64,000 nucleotides of DNA, from positions 3,287 through 67,286 of the forward strand of contig CACEMR010000005.1 of assembly GCA_902560725.1 (NCBI GenBank). Reading direction: 5' to 3'. This document shows positions 38,726 through 46,997 of this stretch, one piece after another; within the stretch, counting starts at the first letter, position 1, and each line of letters begins with the position of its first letter. The position numbers and the translations under genes are program-made. Source of the DNA: an uncultured Alphaproteobacteria bacterium (GTDB taxonomy: Bacteria > Pseudomonadota > Alphaproteobacteria > HIMB59 > GCA-002718135). The notes beneath the pieces are model-generated. The model was not told where the DNA came from, did not search any database, and saw only the letters and a list, made by a program, of their open reading frames with translations.

Positions 38726-39124
38726 ATGCAAGATATTAATAATTTCAATTGTCCAAATTGTAACTCAACAAATTTTATTAACAAAACAACGATAGGAAAA
38801 AAAAATACAAATGGACCATATAAAAATGTTTATTCTGAAATACAATGTTCAGAATGTTTTATGGATATTCCATCTAATTTATCAGAAAATATAGAAAAAA
38901 TTAATTTAGATAAATGTAGAAAACTATGGAATGATGTTTATAAACCTGCGCATACATTAGAAGCAGCAAAATGTTCAAAATGTTTTCGTTATTATTGGGA
39001 TATTGAAAAATACTTATTTGAAAGTAATATTCCAACAAAGGATATTTTTTATCAAGTCTATAGTCCAAAAAAAGGAGTAGGGAGCTTAGTTTGCAAAATA
39101 TGTGATCCCTCAGCTTTTAAATAG
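38726..39124 (+). CDS. Hypothetical soluble cysteine-rich protein with two zinc-ribbon-like CxxC pairs
   Basis: 132 aa. CPNC...CSEC (residues 9-44) and CSKC...CKIC (residues 83-126). Ends 3 nt before the next DMT gene. Confidence 0.5.
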   Translation: MQDINNFNCPNCNSTNFINKTTIGKKNTNGPYKNVYSEIQCSECFMDIPSNLSENIEKINLDKCRKLWNDVYKPAHTLEAAKCSKCFRYYWDIEKYLFESNIPTKDIFYQVYSPKKGVGSLVCKICDPSAFK

Positions 39125-39127
39125 ATA

Positions 39128-39979
39128 ATGAAAGCATATCTTTTAAATATAATAGGATGGATGTTACTTCCATTTATGGATGGAATTGCGAAATATCTTT
39201 CCGTAGAAATTCATTTTATGCAAGTAGTTTGGGGGAGATATTTTTTTATGTTTTTTATTACATTAACGATATCTTTTATTTTTTTTAGAAAATATCTTAA
39301 GTGGCCATTAAATATTAATATACAATTGGTAAGAGGTTTTTTACTCTTTATAACTACTATACTATTTTTTTATTCAATTTCTGTAATAAGTCTACCTGAA
39401 GCATTAACTTTAGCTTTTATTTCACCAATTGTAGTTACACTGCTTTCAATATTTATATTAAAAGAGCGTGTTGGCATTCATAGATGGATTGCTGTTTTTA
39501 CAGGTTTCTTAGGAGTTTTAATTATTTTAAGACCAGGCTTTAATGAAATAAATTTTGCATCTATATCTGCCTTACTAGCAGGTATTATTTATGCATTATT
39601 TTTGATTTATACTAGGAAATTATCATTTACTGATAGTCCCTTGGTAACATTAATTTTTACAGGTTTTGTAGGCACTATATTAATAACTATAATTATCCCG
39701 TTTTATTGGACTGATATCAATTTAAATCATTTATTGTTATTATTTTTGCTTGCAATGATTGGATCAGTTGGACATTTTTTAATAATTTTATCTTTAAAAT
39801 TAGGAGAGGCTTCCAAGTTAGCTCCACTAGGTTATTTTGAAATTATAACAAATATATTTGTAGGCTTTTCATTTTTTGGTTATTTACCTGATGTTTATAT
39901 TTACACAGGATTAATATTAATTGTATCTAGTGGTATCTATATTTTTATAAGAGAACAAAAAAAAATATCAAATTATTAG
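39128..39979 (+). CDS. EamA/DMT-family permease
   Basis: 283 aa, 10 TM. LKERVGIHRWIAVFTGFLGVLIILRPG motif. Confidence 0.8.
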   Translation: MKAYLLNIIGWMLLPFMDGIAKYLSVEIHFMQVVWGRYFFMFFITLTISFIFFRKYLKWPLNINIQLVRGFLLFITTILFFYSISVISLPEALTLAFISPIVVTLLSIFILKERVGIHRWIAVFTGFLGVLIILRPGFNEINFASISALLAGIIYALFLIYTRKLSFTDSPLVTLIFTGFVGTILITIIIPFYWTDINLNHLLLLFLLAMIGSVGHFLIILSLKLGEASKLAPLGYFEIITNIFVGFSFFGYLPDVYIYTGLILIVSSGIYIFIREQKKISNY

Positions 39980-40830
39980 TTATTTTCTCTAGCAGTTTTT
40001 AGCATAAATATAAATACTGATAACAATAAGACTAAACCTCCTATAATTGTATTAAATGGTGGTATTTCTTTTATAATAAACCAAACCCATGCAGTTCCTA
40101 ACACACTCTCCATTAGAAAAATTAAAGCTACTTCATGAGCAGGTGCGTATTTTGGAGCTATAGTTAAAATCATAAAAGGAATAGGTAAAATAATTAAACA
40201 CATAATTAAAAGTAATATTATTTGAGAGCTATCTAATTTAAAGTTAACATCAAAAGGTAATGCATAAAGAGCTGCAATTATACATCCAATAAGGCAGGCA
40301 GGAACTAAGTCTATATCTTTATATAATCTTACTAAAACCATACTGAATCCCATTCCTAACGCGACAATTAATGCCATTAAATCTCCAAAAATTCCAGATG
40401 TCGTATAACTTCCCCAGCCAATAATTATCATTCCTACTAGAGAAATTAATATTATTATCCATGTAAAAAAATTTGGTATTTCTTTCAGAATAAAAACTGA
40501 AAAAATTGCTGCAAAAATTGGTGCAGCTGCAATTAATACTAATGTATTAGCTACTGATGTATTTTGTATTGAATAAACAAAACATACATGAGTAATAGCA
40601 TATAATATTGCATACAGAATTCCAATTTTTCCAATCAAAAAAAAAGAAATAAATAATTTAGTCTTATAAATATAGAGAAGAAATAAAAAAATTGTTATTA
40701 CAGGGATAGCGCTTCTATAAAATATTAAACTAAAGTCATCTAAATTTACTAATCTAATTAATAAACTATCAGGACTTAGTATTAAAACACCGATCAGTGA
40801 TAAAATTAAACCTTTATTTCTTGTCTGCAT
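39976..40830 (-). CDS. EamA/DMT-family permease
   Basis: 284 aa, 10 TM. LKEIPNFFTWIIILISLVGMIIIG motif. Confidence 0.75.
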   Translation of the reverse strand: MQTRNKGLILSLIGVLILSPDSLLIRLVNLDDFSLIFYRSAIPVITIFLFLLYIYKTKLFISFFLIGKIGILYAILYAITHVCFVYSIQNTSVANTLVLIAAAPIFAAIFSVFILKEIPNFFTWIIILISLVGMIIIGWGSYTTSGIFGDLMALIVALGMGFSMVLVRLYKDIDLVPACLIGCIIAALYALPFDVNFKLDSSQIILLLIMCLIILPIPFMILTIAPKYAPAHEVALIFLMESVLGTAWVWFIIKEIPPFNTIIGGLVLLLSVFIFMLKTARENN

Positions 40831-40896
40831 TAAAATTATTTGAAATTTTTTAGATTATTCATATTTATCATATAGCTAATAAATTAATATATTTTT

Positions 40897-41307
40897 ATGC
40901 GTTTTTTTATAATTATTTTTATCTTATTTTTTTCAACTAAAATATTTTCAATCGAAAATAATCAACTAATTTCAGAAAAAGATTTACATTACCTTTTTGA
41001 AAATAATCAAAAAAAATGGAATGAAACATTAATCTTTTTAGATAAAAAAAAATCACTATCTAAAATCAATGGTTCTAATGATGTCTATTTTTTAAAATCA
41101 TATTTCAATTATGGTTATGTGATTATAATGCCACATTTCAAAAATAATAATATTTATAAAATTTTATTTACTTATAAGTTTGATAAGTTTGATGATGAGA
41201 TAAGTGATATATTTTTTAATCACTACATGTATTCATTCAATAAATTCTGTTCAAAGGTAAGCAGAAATAAATTGTATTTAAATATTGAAATTAAAAGATG
41301 CAATTAA
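40897..41307 (+). CDS. Hypothetical secreted protein
   Basis: 136 aa with signal peptide MRFFIIIFILFFSTKIFS. No recognisable domain. Confidence 0.5.
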   Translation: MRFFIIIFILFFSTKIFSIENNQLISEKDLHYLFENNQKKWNETLIFLDKKKSLSKINGSNDVYFLKSYFNYGYVIIMPHFKNNNIYKILFTYKFDKFDDEISDIFFNHYMYSFNKFCSKVSRNKLYLNIEIKRCN

Positions 41308-42212
41308 TTAAAAACTTCATATGCTGCTTGAAATACAATACAATGTCTTTTAGCTAATTCAGCTTTGTTATCAGAATATCCTCCACCAATAACCGTTGCA
41401 ATTGGTATAGATTTATTTTTAAAAAAGCTAATTACTTTTTTATCTCTTTTTAAAATTCCATTACTTGTGAGTTGTAAATTGCCAAGTTTGTCGTTTTTGT
41501 GCACATCAACCCCTGCATCATAAATTACAAGTTCTGGATTAAAAATTTTTAAACACTCATTTAATGTTTTATTTAATATTTCAATATATTCATTATCATT
41601 TACATTATCATCTAATTCAATGTCTAAATCACTTTTTGTTTTTCTAAAAGGAAAGTTATTTTTACAATGAACAGAACATGTAAAAATATCTTTATCATAT
41701 TGTAAAATTTTTGCTGTACCATCACCTTGATGAACATCTAAATCAATAATTAGTATTTTTTTAACAAGATTATTTTTTATCAATGTTTTAGAGGCATAAG
41801 ATAAATCATTAAATACGCAGTATCCAGATCCAAAATTTTTATGAGCATGATGTGTTCCTCCAGCCAAGTGACATGCAATTTGTTTTTTTATTGCTTGCTT
41901 GCATGTGAGTAAAGTACCATTTACTGCTAAGAAAGATCTATTTGATAATATTTCTGACCATTTAAAACCAATTTGTCTCATTTCTTTTTCAGATAATTTA
42001 CCATTTTTAATTTTTAGTATGTATTCTCTATCATGGACTATCTCAAGATCTTCAACAGACGCTTTCTTTGGTTTTAAAACAACAGCATTTTTATAAAAAT
42101 CTTTTAATTTTAACTCCTCATAAAGATCTGAAAATTTACTGGATGTAAATCTATGGTTTTTTGGAAGAGGAATGTCATATTGATAGTGTGTAATCCAACT
42201 TATTTTTTTCAC
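41304..42212 (-). CDS. Histone deacetylase-family Zn amidohydrolase (AcuC/acetylpolyamine amidohydrolase-like)
   Basis: 302 aa. HLAGGTHHAHKNFGSGYCVFND, IIDLDVHQGDGT and GGGY motifs. Confidence 0.9.
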   Translation of the reverse strand: MKKISWITHYQYDIPLPKNHRFTSSKFSDLYEELKLKDFYKNAVVLKPKKASVEDLEIVHDREYILKIKNGKLSEKEMRQIGFKWSEILSNRSFLAVNGTLLTCKQAIKKQIACHLAGGTHHAHKNFGSGYCVFNDLSYASKTLIKNNLVKKILIIDLDVHQGDGTAKILQYDKDIFTCSVHCKNNFPFRKTKSDLDIELDDNVNDNEYIEILNKTLNECLKIFNPELVIYDAGVDVHKNDKLGNLQLTSNGILKRDKKVISFFKNKSIPIATVIGGGYSDNKAELAKRHCIVFQAAYEVFN

Positions 42213-42254
42213 AATATTGCCTCTTTTTAACTAAAATTATGTCTTATTTATCTT

Positions 42255-42345
42255 TTAATTCATAAATTGTGGTGCCGATCAACCAATATATATTTAGTTA
42301 GTAAATGTATTCTATCCATAAAAATCAGCACCACTGTATTTAAAA
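42255..42345 (+). other. Candidate structured leader element A (long-range stem GTGGTGCCGAT / ATCAGCACCAC)
   Basis: 42269-42279 pairs with 42324-42334 (10 of 11 positions) across a 44-nt AT-rich loop. Lies in the longest spacer of the window. See findings. Confidence 0.3.
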
Positions 42346-42453
42346 ATGGAAACATTACTCTTTTTAGATTTGTTTATTATTTGTTTAGTAGGTCTATTTA
42401 TAATTCATTATTATTGATTTATCTTTAGTCTTTTAATAAAATATACCCTTAAA

Positions 42454-43233
42454 ATGATTAACAATTATGCTTCAAATGGATATTTTTCTCCACTCAAACT
42501 TTTTAGTAATGATCAAGCATATATATATAGAAAAAATTTAGAATTAGCTGAGTCTAAAATTGGCCCATTACATTATTTTGCAAAAACTTACACAATGATG
42601 AAGTGGGTTTATGATGTAGCAACAAATAAAATTATGTTAGATTTTGTAGAAGACATAATAGGTAAAGATATTTTACTCTATAATGCTACTTTTATTATCA
42701 AGGAGCCTAGATCTAAAACCCATGTAAGCTGGCATCAAGATTTAACTTATTGGGGATTTGATGATAATGAAAAACAAGTAAGTGCATGGATTGCATTATC
42801 AGTTGCTAACGATCTTAGTGGTTGTATGAAGATGATACCGGGTTCTCATAAAAAAGGTATTTTTGATCATGAATCTACTAATGATAGTAATAATGTTTTA
42901 TCAAGAGGGCAAACTGTTACTAAGGTTAATACTAAAAATGCAGTTTCCTGTCCTTTAGATCCAGGTGAGGCATCTTTTCACCATGGACTAACACTTCATG
43001 CGTCACAACCTAATAAAAGTAATGATAGAAGAATAGGCCTTAATTTACAATTTATTACAACTGATATGAAACAATTAAAAAGTGATAATGATAGCGCATT
43101 ACTAGTACGTGGAGAGGATAATTACAAAAATTTTAAAATGGATATAGTTGCAAAAAATGATTTTGATGAAGAAGGTTATGAAAGGCTTCTAGAAAGAAAT
43201 GAACATTATAACAAAACGATACGTGAAAAATAA
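42454..43233 (+). CDS. Phytanoyl-CoA dioxygenase (PhyH)-family Fe(II)/2OG oxygenase
   Basis: 259 aa. SWHQDLTYW (H-x-D), distal His in FHHGLTLHASQPN, followed by R.G. Confidence 0.8.
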   Translation: MINNYASNGYFSPLKLFSNDQAYIYRKNLELAESKIGPLHYFAKTYTMMKWVYDVATNKIMLDFVEDIIGKDILLYNATFIIKEPRSKTHVSWHQDLTYWGFDDNEKQVSAWIALSVANDLSGCMKMIPGSHKKGIFDHESTNDSNNVLSRGQTVTKVNTKNAVSCPLDPGEASFHHGLTLHASQPNKSNDRRIGLNLQFITTDMKQLKSDNDSALLVRGEDNYKNFKMDIVAKNDFDEEGYERLLERNEHYNKTIREK

Positions 43234-43241
43234 TTTATAAT

Positions 43242-44222
43242 ATGCAATTTAGAAAATTTAGTAATCTAGGATGGAAGGTTTCTGAGATTGGAATAGGGTG
43301 TTGGGCTATTGGATCTGAGTGGGGTGATGTTTCAGAAACTGATGCTAAAGAAGCTCTTTATACATCTTTAGATAATGGAATTAATTTTTTTGATACTGCG
43401 GATGTTTATGGTGATGGTAGAAGTGAAAAATTTATAGGAGATATTTTAAAAAATAGTAAAGAAAAAATTTATGTTGCTACAAAAACAGGTCGCAGACTAA
43501 ATCCTCACAATGCTGATGGATATAATATTCAAAATATAGAAAATTTTATTGATCGTTCATTATTAAATTTAGGAGTAGAAGTCATTGATTTAGTCCAATT
43601 ACACTGTCCACCAACTGAAATTTGTGGAAAAGTAGAAACTTATCAAATGATGGATGAACTAGTTTTAAAAGGAAAAATAAAACATTATGGAGTAAGTGTT
43701 GAAAAAGTATCAGAAGCGATGGATGCTATAAAGTTTCCAAATGTAAAAAGTATTCAAATAATTTTTAATATTTTTCGTCAAAAACCATGTGAACAATTTT
43801 TTAAAGAAGCCAAAAAAAACAATGTAGCTATTATCGTCCGTGTTCCATTAGCTAGTGGTTTATTAACAGGTAAAATGAATGCAGAATCTTATTTTCCTAA
43901 AAATGATCATAGAAACTATAATATAAAAGGGGAGGCATTTGATGTCGGTGAAACTTTTTCTGGAGTTGATTTTCAAAAAGGACTTATTGCAGTAGAGGAA
44001 TTAAAAAAGATATTACCAAATAATTTTTCTCTCACAGATCTTGCTTTAAAATGGATACTTTCTCATAATGAAGTTACAGTAGTAATTCCTGGAGCAAAAA
44101 ATAAATTACAAGCTCAATTGAACTCAAAAGCAACTGATCTCCATAATATCGATAATTTAGAAGATGAAATTGTAAATATTTATAACAAATATTTCAAAAA
44201 TGATATTCACCATAAATGGTAA
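43242..44222 (+). CDS. Aldo/keto reductase
   Basis: 326 aa. G.GCWAIG, INFFDTADVYGDGRSE and DLVQLH motifs. 8 nt after the PhyH gene. Confidence 0.9.
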   Translation: MQFRKFSNLGWKVSEIGIGCWAIGSEWGDVSETDAKEALYTSLDNGINFFDTADVYGDGRSEKFIGDILKNSKEKIYVATKTGRRLNPHNADGYNIQNIENFIDRSLLNLGVEVIDLVQLHCPPTEICGKVETYQMMDELVLKGKIKHYGVSVEKVSEAMDAIKFPNVKSIQIIFNIFRQKPCEQFFKEAKKNNVAIIVRVPLASGLLTGKMNAESYFPKNDHRNYNIKGEAFDVGETFSGVDFQKGLIAVEELKKILPNNFSLTDLALKWILSHNEVTVVIPGAKNKLQAQLNSKATDLHNIDNLEDEIVNIYNKYFKNDIHHKW

Positions 44223-44285
44223 CTATTCAATTTCCAATTATTTTAATTACTCTAAAATAAACAGGGTTTTTCCCTCTTTATATAT

Positions 44286-44651
44286 TTAATTTTTTTTCCA
44301 AGGTCCAAAATCTTTTTGATCACTTGTAAATTCATATGAAATAAATTCATCATCACTCACAATCCATCCATCATGTCCTGGTGCTAAATAATATGCATCA
44401 CCAGCTTTAAAATGATCTTCTGACCCATCATCATGTTTTACTTTCATTTCACCTTGAATTACTACTCCAACATGCCCAGCCTGGCAACTTTCAGTACCAA
44501 CAATTGGTTTAATACATGAACTCCAACTCCAACCTGGTTGTAGAGTAGTTTTACTCATTGTAACATTTCCAAGTTTTACAGTTGATGAATGAGCTTTATC
44601 AGGTGTTTTTATTTCTCCATCTTCAAAAGATATTTTCATTACATTATTCAT
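44286..44651 (-). CDS. Cupin-domain protein
   Basis: 121 aa. Beta-barrel pattern with GHVGVVIQGEMKV....G......AGDAYYLAPGHDGW. Confidence 0.6.
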   Translation of the reverse strand: MNNVMKISFEDGEIKTPDKAHSSTVKLGNVTMSKTTLQPGWSWSSCIKPIVGTESCQAGHVGVVIQGEMKVKHDDGSEDHFKAGDAYYLAPGHDGWIVSDDEFISYEFTSDQKDFGPWKKN

Positions 44652-44666
44652 ATTAAATCCTTGAAT

Positions 44667-44951
44667 TTAATTTGTATGGTTTAGAGTTACATCTCCAGTT
44701 TGAGTATCAACAACCTCAAATACATTTTCATTTGCACTCATTCTTTTAGATCTTGCAGCTGAAGCGCGCTCCATTGCATCACTATCAGCATACAATGATA
44801 TTGCCATTACTGTTGTTTCACTTGCTCTTATTTGTAGTAATTGCTCTGCCTCTGGAAATTCACTGGGCGCATTAGATGAATAATCTTCAATAGATTTATC
44901 TGCATCTTCTTTTGATTTAAATTTTATAGTTGTTATTCTAGCTACAGACAT
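44667..44951 (-). CDS. Hypothetical protein (possibly ABM/Dabb-like ferredoxin fold)
   Basis: 94 aa. ARITTIKFKSKEDADKSIEDY... resembles small alpha+beta barrel proteins. Weak. Confidence 0.4.
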   Translation of the reverse strand: MSVARITTIKFKSKEDADKSIEDYSSNAPSEFPEAEQLLQIRASETTVMAISLYADSDAMERASAARSKRMSANENVFEVVDTQTGDVTLNHTN

Positions 44952-44989
44952 TGGTCCTCCTATTAATTTAATATTTAATTATTATATTA

Positions 44990-45409
44990 TTAGTTTCCTA
45001 TAAAACTTAAAGTTATTTCTCTTGAATGTGCATTATATCTATGTTCAAAAAGATAGACTCCCTGCCAAGTTCCTAATATTAATTGTTTATTTTTAATAGG
45101 AATAGTTAAAGAAGTTTGAGTTAGCATGTACTTAATATGTGCTGGCATATCATCATCACCTTCATATCCGTGAGAATATAATGATGAGTCTTCAGGTACT
45201 AATTTTAAAAAAAATTGATTTATATCGTCTAAAACATCTGGGCTTGCATTTTCCATTATAGTAATTGAAGCCGAAGTATGTTTTATAAATAGATTTAATT
45301 GACCTTGATCAACTTTATTTATTTTTACCCACTCAATTATTTTATTTGTTATTTCATACATACCTTTGCCAGAAGTATTAAAATTTAAATCATCAATAAT
45401 ATTTTTCAT
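44990..45409 (-). CDS. yjbQ: YjbQ/UPF0047-family protein (secondary thiamine-phosphate synthase)
   Basis: 139 aa. LNLFIKHTSASITIMENASPDV, DDMPAHIK and W..VYLFEHR motifs. Confidence 0.85.
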   Translation of the reverse strand: MKNIIDDLNFNTSGKGMYEITNKIIEWVKINKVDQGQLNLFIKHTSASITIMENASPDVLDDINQFFLKLVPEDSSLYSHGYEGDDDMPAHIKYMLTQTSLTIPIKNKQLILGTWQGVYLFEHRYNAHSREITLSFIGN

Positions 45410-45435
45410 TATTTATGTTTACTATAACTAAATAG

Positions 45436-45540
45436 TTAATCCAAATGAAGTTGTGGCACCAACAAGGAGAATTATTATAAAAAATAATGAAATGAAAAAA
45501 AGAACTATTCTTTTGATAAGTGCCACGATAATATGTTTAA
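45436..45540 (+). other. Candidate structured leader element B (TTGTGGCAC / GTGCCACGA), related to element A
   Basis: 45451-45459 pairs with 45520-45528 (9 bp including one U:G). Shares TTAATYCA upstream and TTGTGGYRCC / AGYRCCAC cores with element A. See findings. Confidence 0.3.
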
Positions 45541-45610
45541 AGTTAAATTCTGTTTAAATAAGGATATAATTAAGGAAATTTTGTGATAAGATAGTTTTTG
45601 AGGTTATTTT

Positions 45611-46972
45611 TTGATTAAATTAACAATTATTGGAGCAGGAAGTGCTGTATTTACTAAGAATATAGTAGTTGATTTATTACATATATCTTCATTTAAAAAC
45701 ATGCATATAGCATTGATGGATATAGACGAAGATAGATTAAAATTAGCAAAAAATCTAATTGATGTAGTATCTTCTAAGCTTAACGCAAAACCTAATATAA
45801 CATTACATACTAATAGAAGAGAGGCACTTGAAAATTCTGACTTTATTCAAACAACAATACAGGTAGGAGGTTACAAACCATCAACTAAAATAGATTTTGA
45901 TATTCCAAAAGAATATGGCCTTGCTCAAACAATTGGAGATACAATTGGAATAGGGGGTATTATGCGCGGTTTAAGAACTATTCCAGTTTTATTAGATATA
46001 GCAAAAGATATCATGGAAGTTTGTCCTAATGCACTTTGGTTACAATATGTAAATCCCATGTGTTCTAACATGATTTCAATAAATAAATTATTTCCAGAAA
46101 TAAAATCTTTAGGTTTGTGCCATTCAGTCCAAGGAACAGCAGAAATGTTAGCAGAAGATTTAAACTTAGATATAGAAAATATTGATTTTACATGTGCTGG
46201 CATTAATCATATGGCTTTTTTCCTTAAATTTGAAAAGAAAAGTAAAAGTACTCCAGTAGATTTATATCCAGAACTAAAAAAACTTGCTGATAATATTGTT
46301 AATGATCAAACCCTATCATCCCGCAGTAAAGAAAAAAATTTTGAGTCTAATAAGTTTCTTCACGAAAAAGTTCGTTATGAAATTTTGCGACGATTTGGAT
46401 ATTTTGTAACCGAGTCTAGCGAGCATTTTGCTGAATATGTTCCTTGGTTTATTAAAAATAACAGATCAGATCTTATTGAAAAATATAAAATTCCTATAGG
46501 TGAGTATATTGATAGATGTGAACATCATATTAAAACATGGCAAGAATTAGAAAAAGATATTACTCCATTAAATAATGAGCCATTAAAAATTAGTCAAGAA
46601 TATGCATCTCATATTATGGATTCTGTTTACAATAATAAGAATATTAAAATAAATGCTAATGTTATGAATAATGATTTAATAACTAATTTACCAAAAAATT
46701 GTTGTGTTGAAGTTCCATGTGAAATTAATTCAAAAGGATATATACCTCAAAAGATAGGTGATTTACCTGAGCAGCTATCTGCTTTAATGAGAACAAATAT
46801 CAATGTTCAAATATTAACAGCTGAAGCAGCGATTACTAAAAAAAGGGAACATATTTACCACGCAGCACTTCTTGATCCTTTAACATCATCAATACTTTCT
46901 ATAGATGAAATTTATTCTATGACAGATAAATTACTTGAAGCACATAATGATTTTTTACCAGATTATAACTAA
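45611..46972 (+). CDS. Glycoside hydrolase family 4 (NAD+/Mn2+-dependent alpha-galactosidase/alpha-glucosidase, MelA-like)
   Basis: 453 aa, TTG start. N-terminal KLTIIGAGSAVFT Rossmann motif, NPM and GLCHSVQGT motifs characteristic of GH4. Confidence 0.85.
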   Translation: MIKLTIIGAGSAVFTKNIVVDLLHISSFKNMHIALMDIDEDRLKLAKNLIDVVSSKLNAKPNITLHTNRREALENSDFIQTTIQVGGYKPSTKIDFDIPKEYGLAQTIGDTIGIGGIMRGLRTIPVLLDIAKDIMEVCPNALWLQYVNPMCSNMISINKLFPEIKSLGLCHSVQGTAEMLAEDLNLDIENIDFTCAGINHMAFFLKFEKKSKSTPVDLYPELKKLADNIVNDQTLSSRSKEKNFESNKFLHEKVRYEILRRFGYFVTESSEHFAEYVPWFIKNNRSDLIEKYKIPIGEYIDRCEHHIKTWQELEKDITPLNNEPLKISQEYASHIMDSVYNNKNIKINANVMNNDLITNLPKNCCVEVPCEINSKGYIPQKIGDLPEQLSALMRTNINVQILTAEAAITKKREHIYHAALLDPLTSSILSIDEIYSMTDKLLEAHNDFLPDYN

Positions 46973-46997
46973 TTATAGCATTTAAATTTTTTTTAAA

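Noticed and set aside
42324-42334. The GCACCAC and GTGCCAC arms (also 45520-45526) considered as tRNA 3'-end-like (..ACCA) att sites of an integrated element.
   Set aside because: They do not match the 3' ends of either local tRNA. No integrase or other mobile genes are present, and no flanking direct repeats were seen.
42213-42453. A known ncRNA (SRP/4.5S, 6S, tmRNA, RNase P) or a known riboswitch class (glycine, SAM, TPP, fluoride, guanidine) in the long spacers.
   Set aside because: None of the conserved cores I can recall is present, for example GGAAG/AGCA of SRP, GAGGAAAGUCC of RNase P, or CUGAGA of TPP. The spacers are also too short for most of these RNAs.
44286-44951. The cupin and small unknown gene considered as a recently transferred compositional island.
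   Set aside because: My hand count gives about 34 % G+C for 44667-44951, against about 19 % in a 100-nt stretch of holB and about 37 % in ureA. Variation of this size exists between core genes too, so it is not diagnostic without genome-wide statistics.
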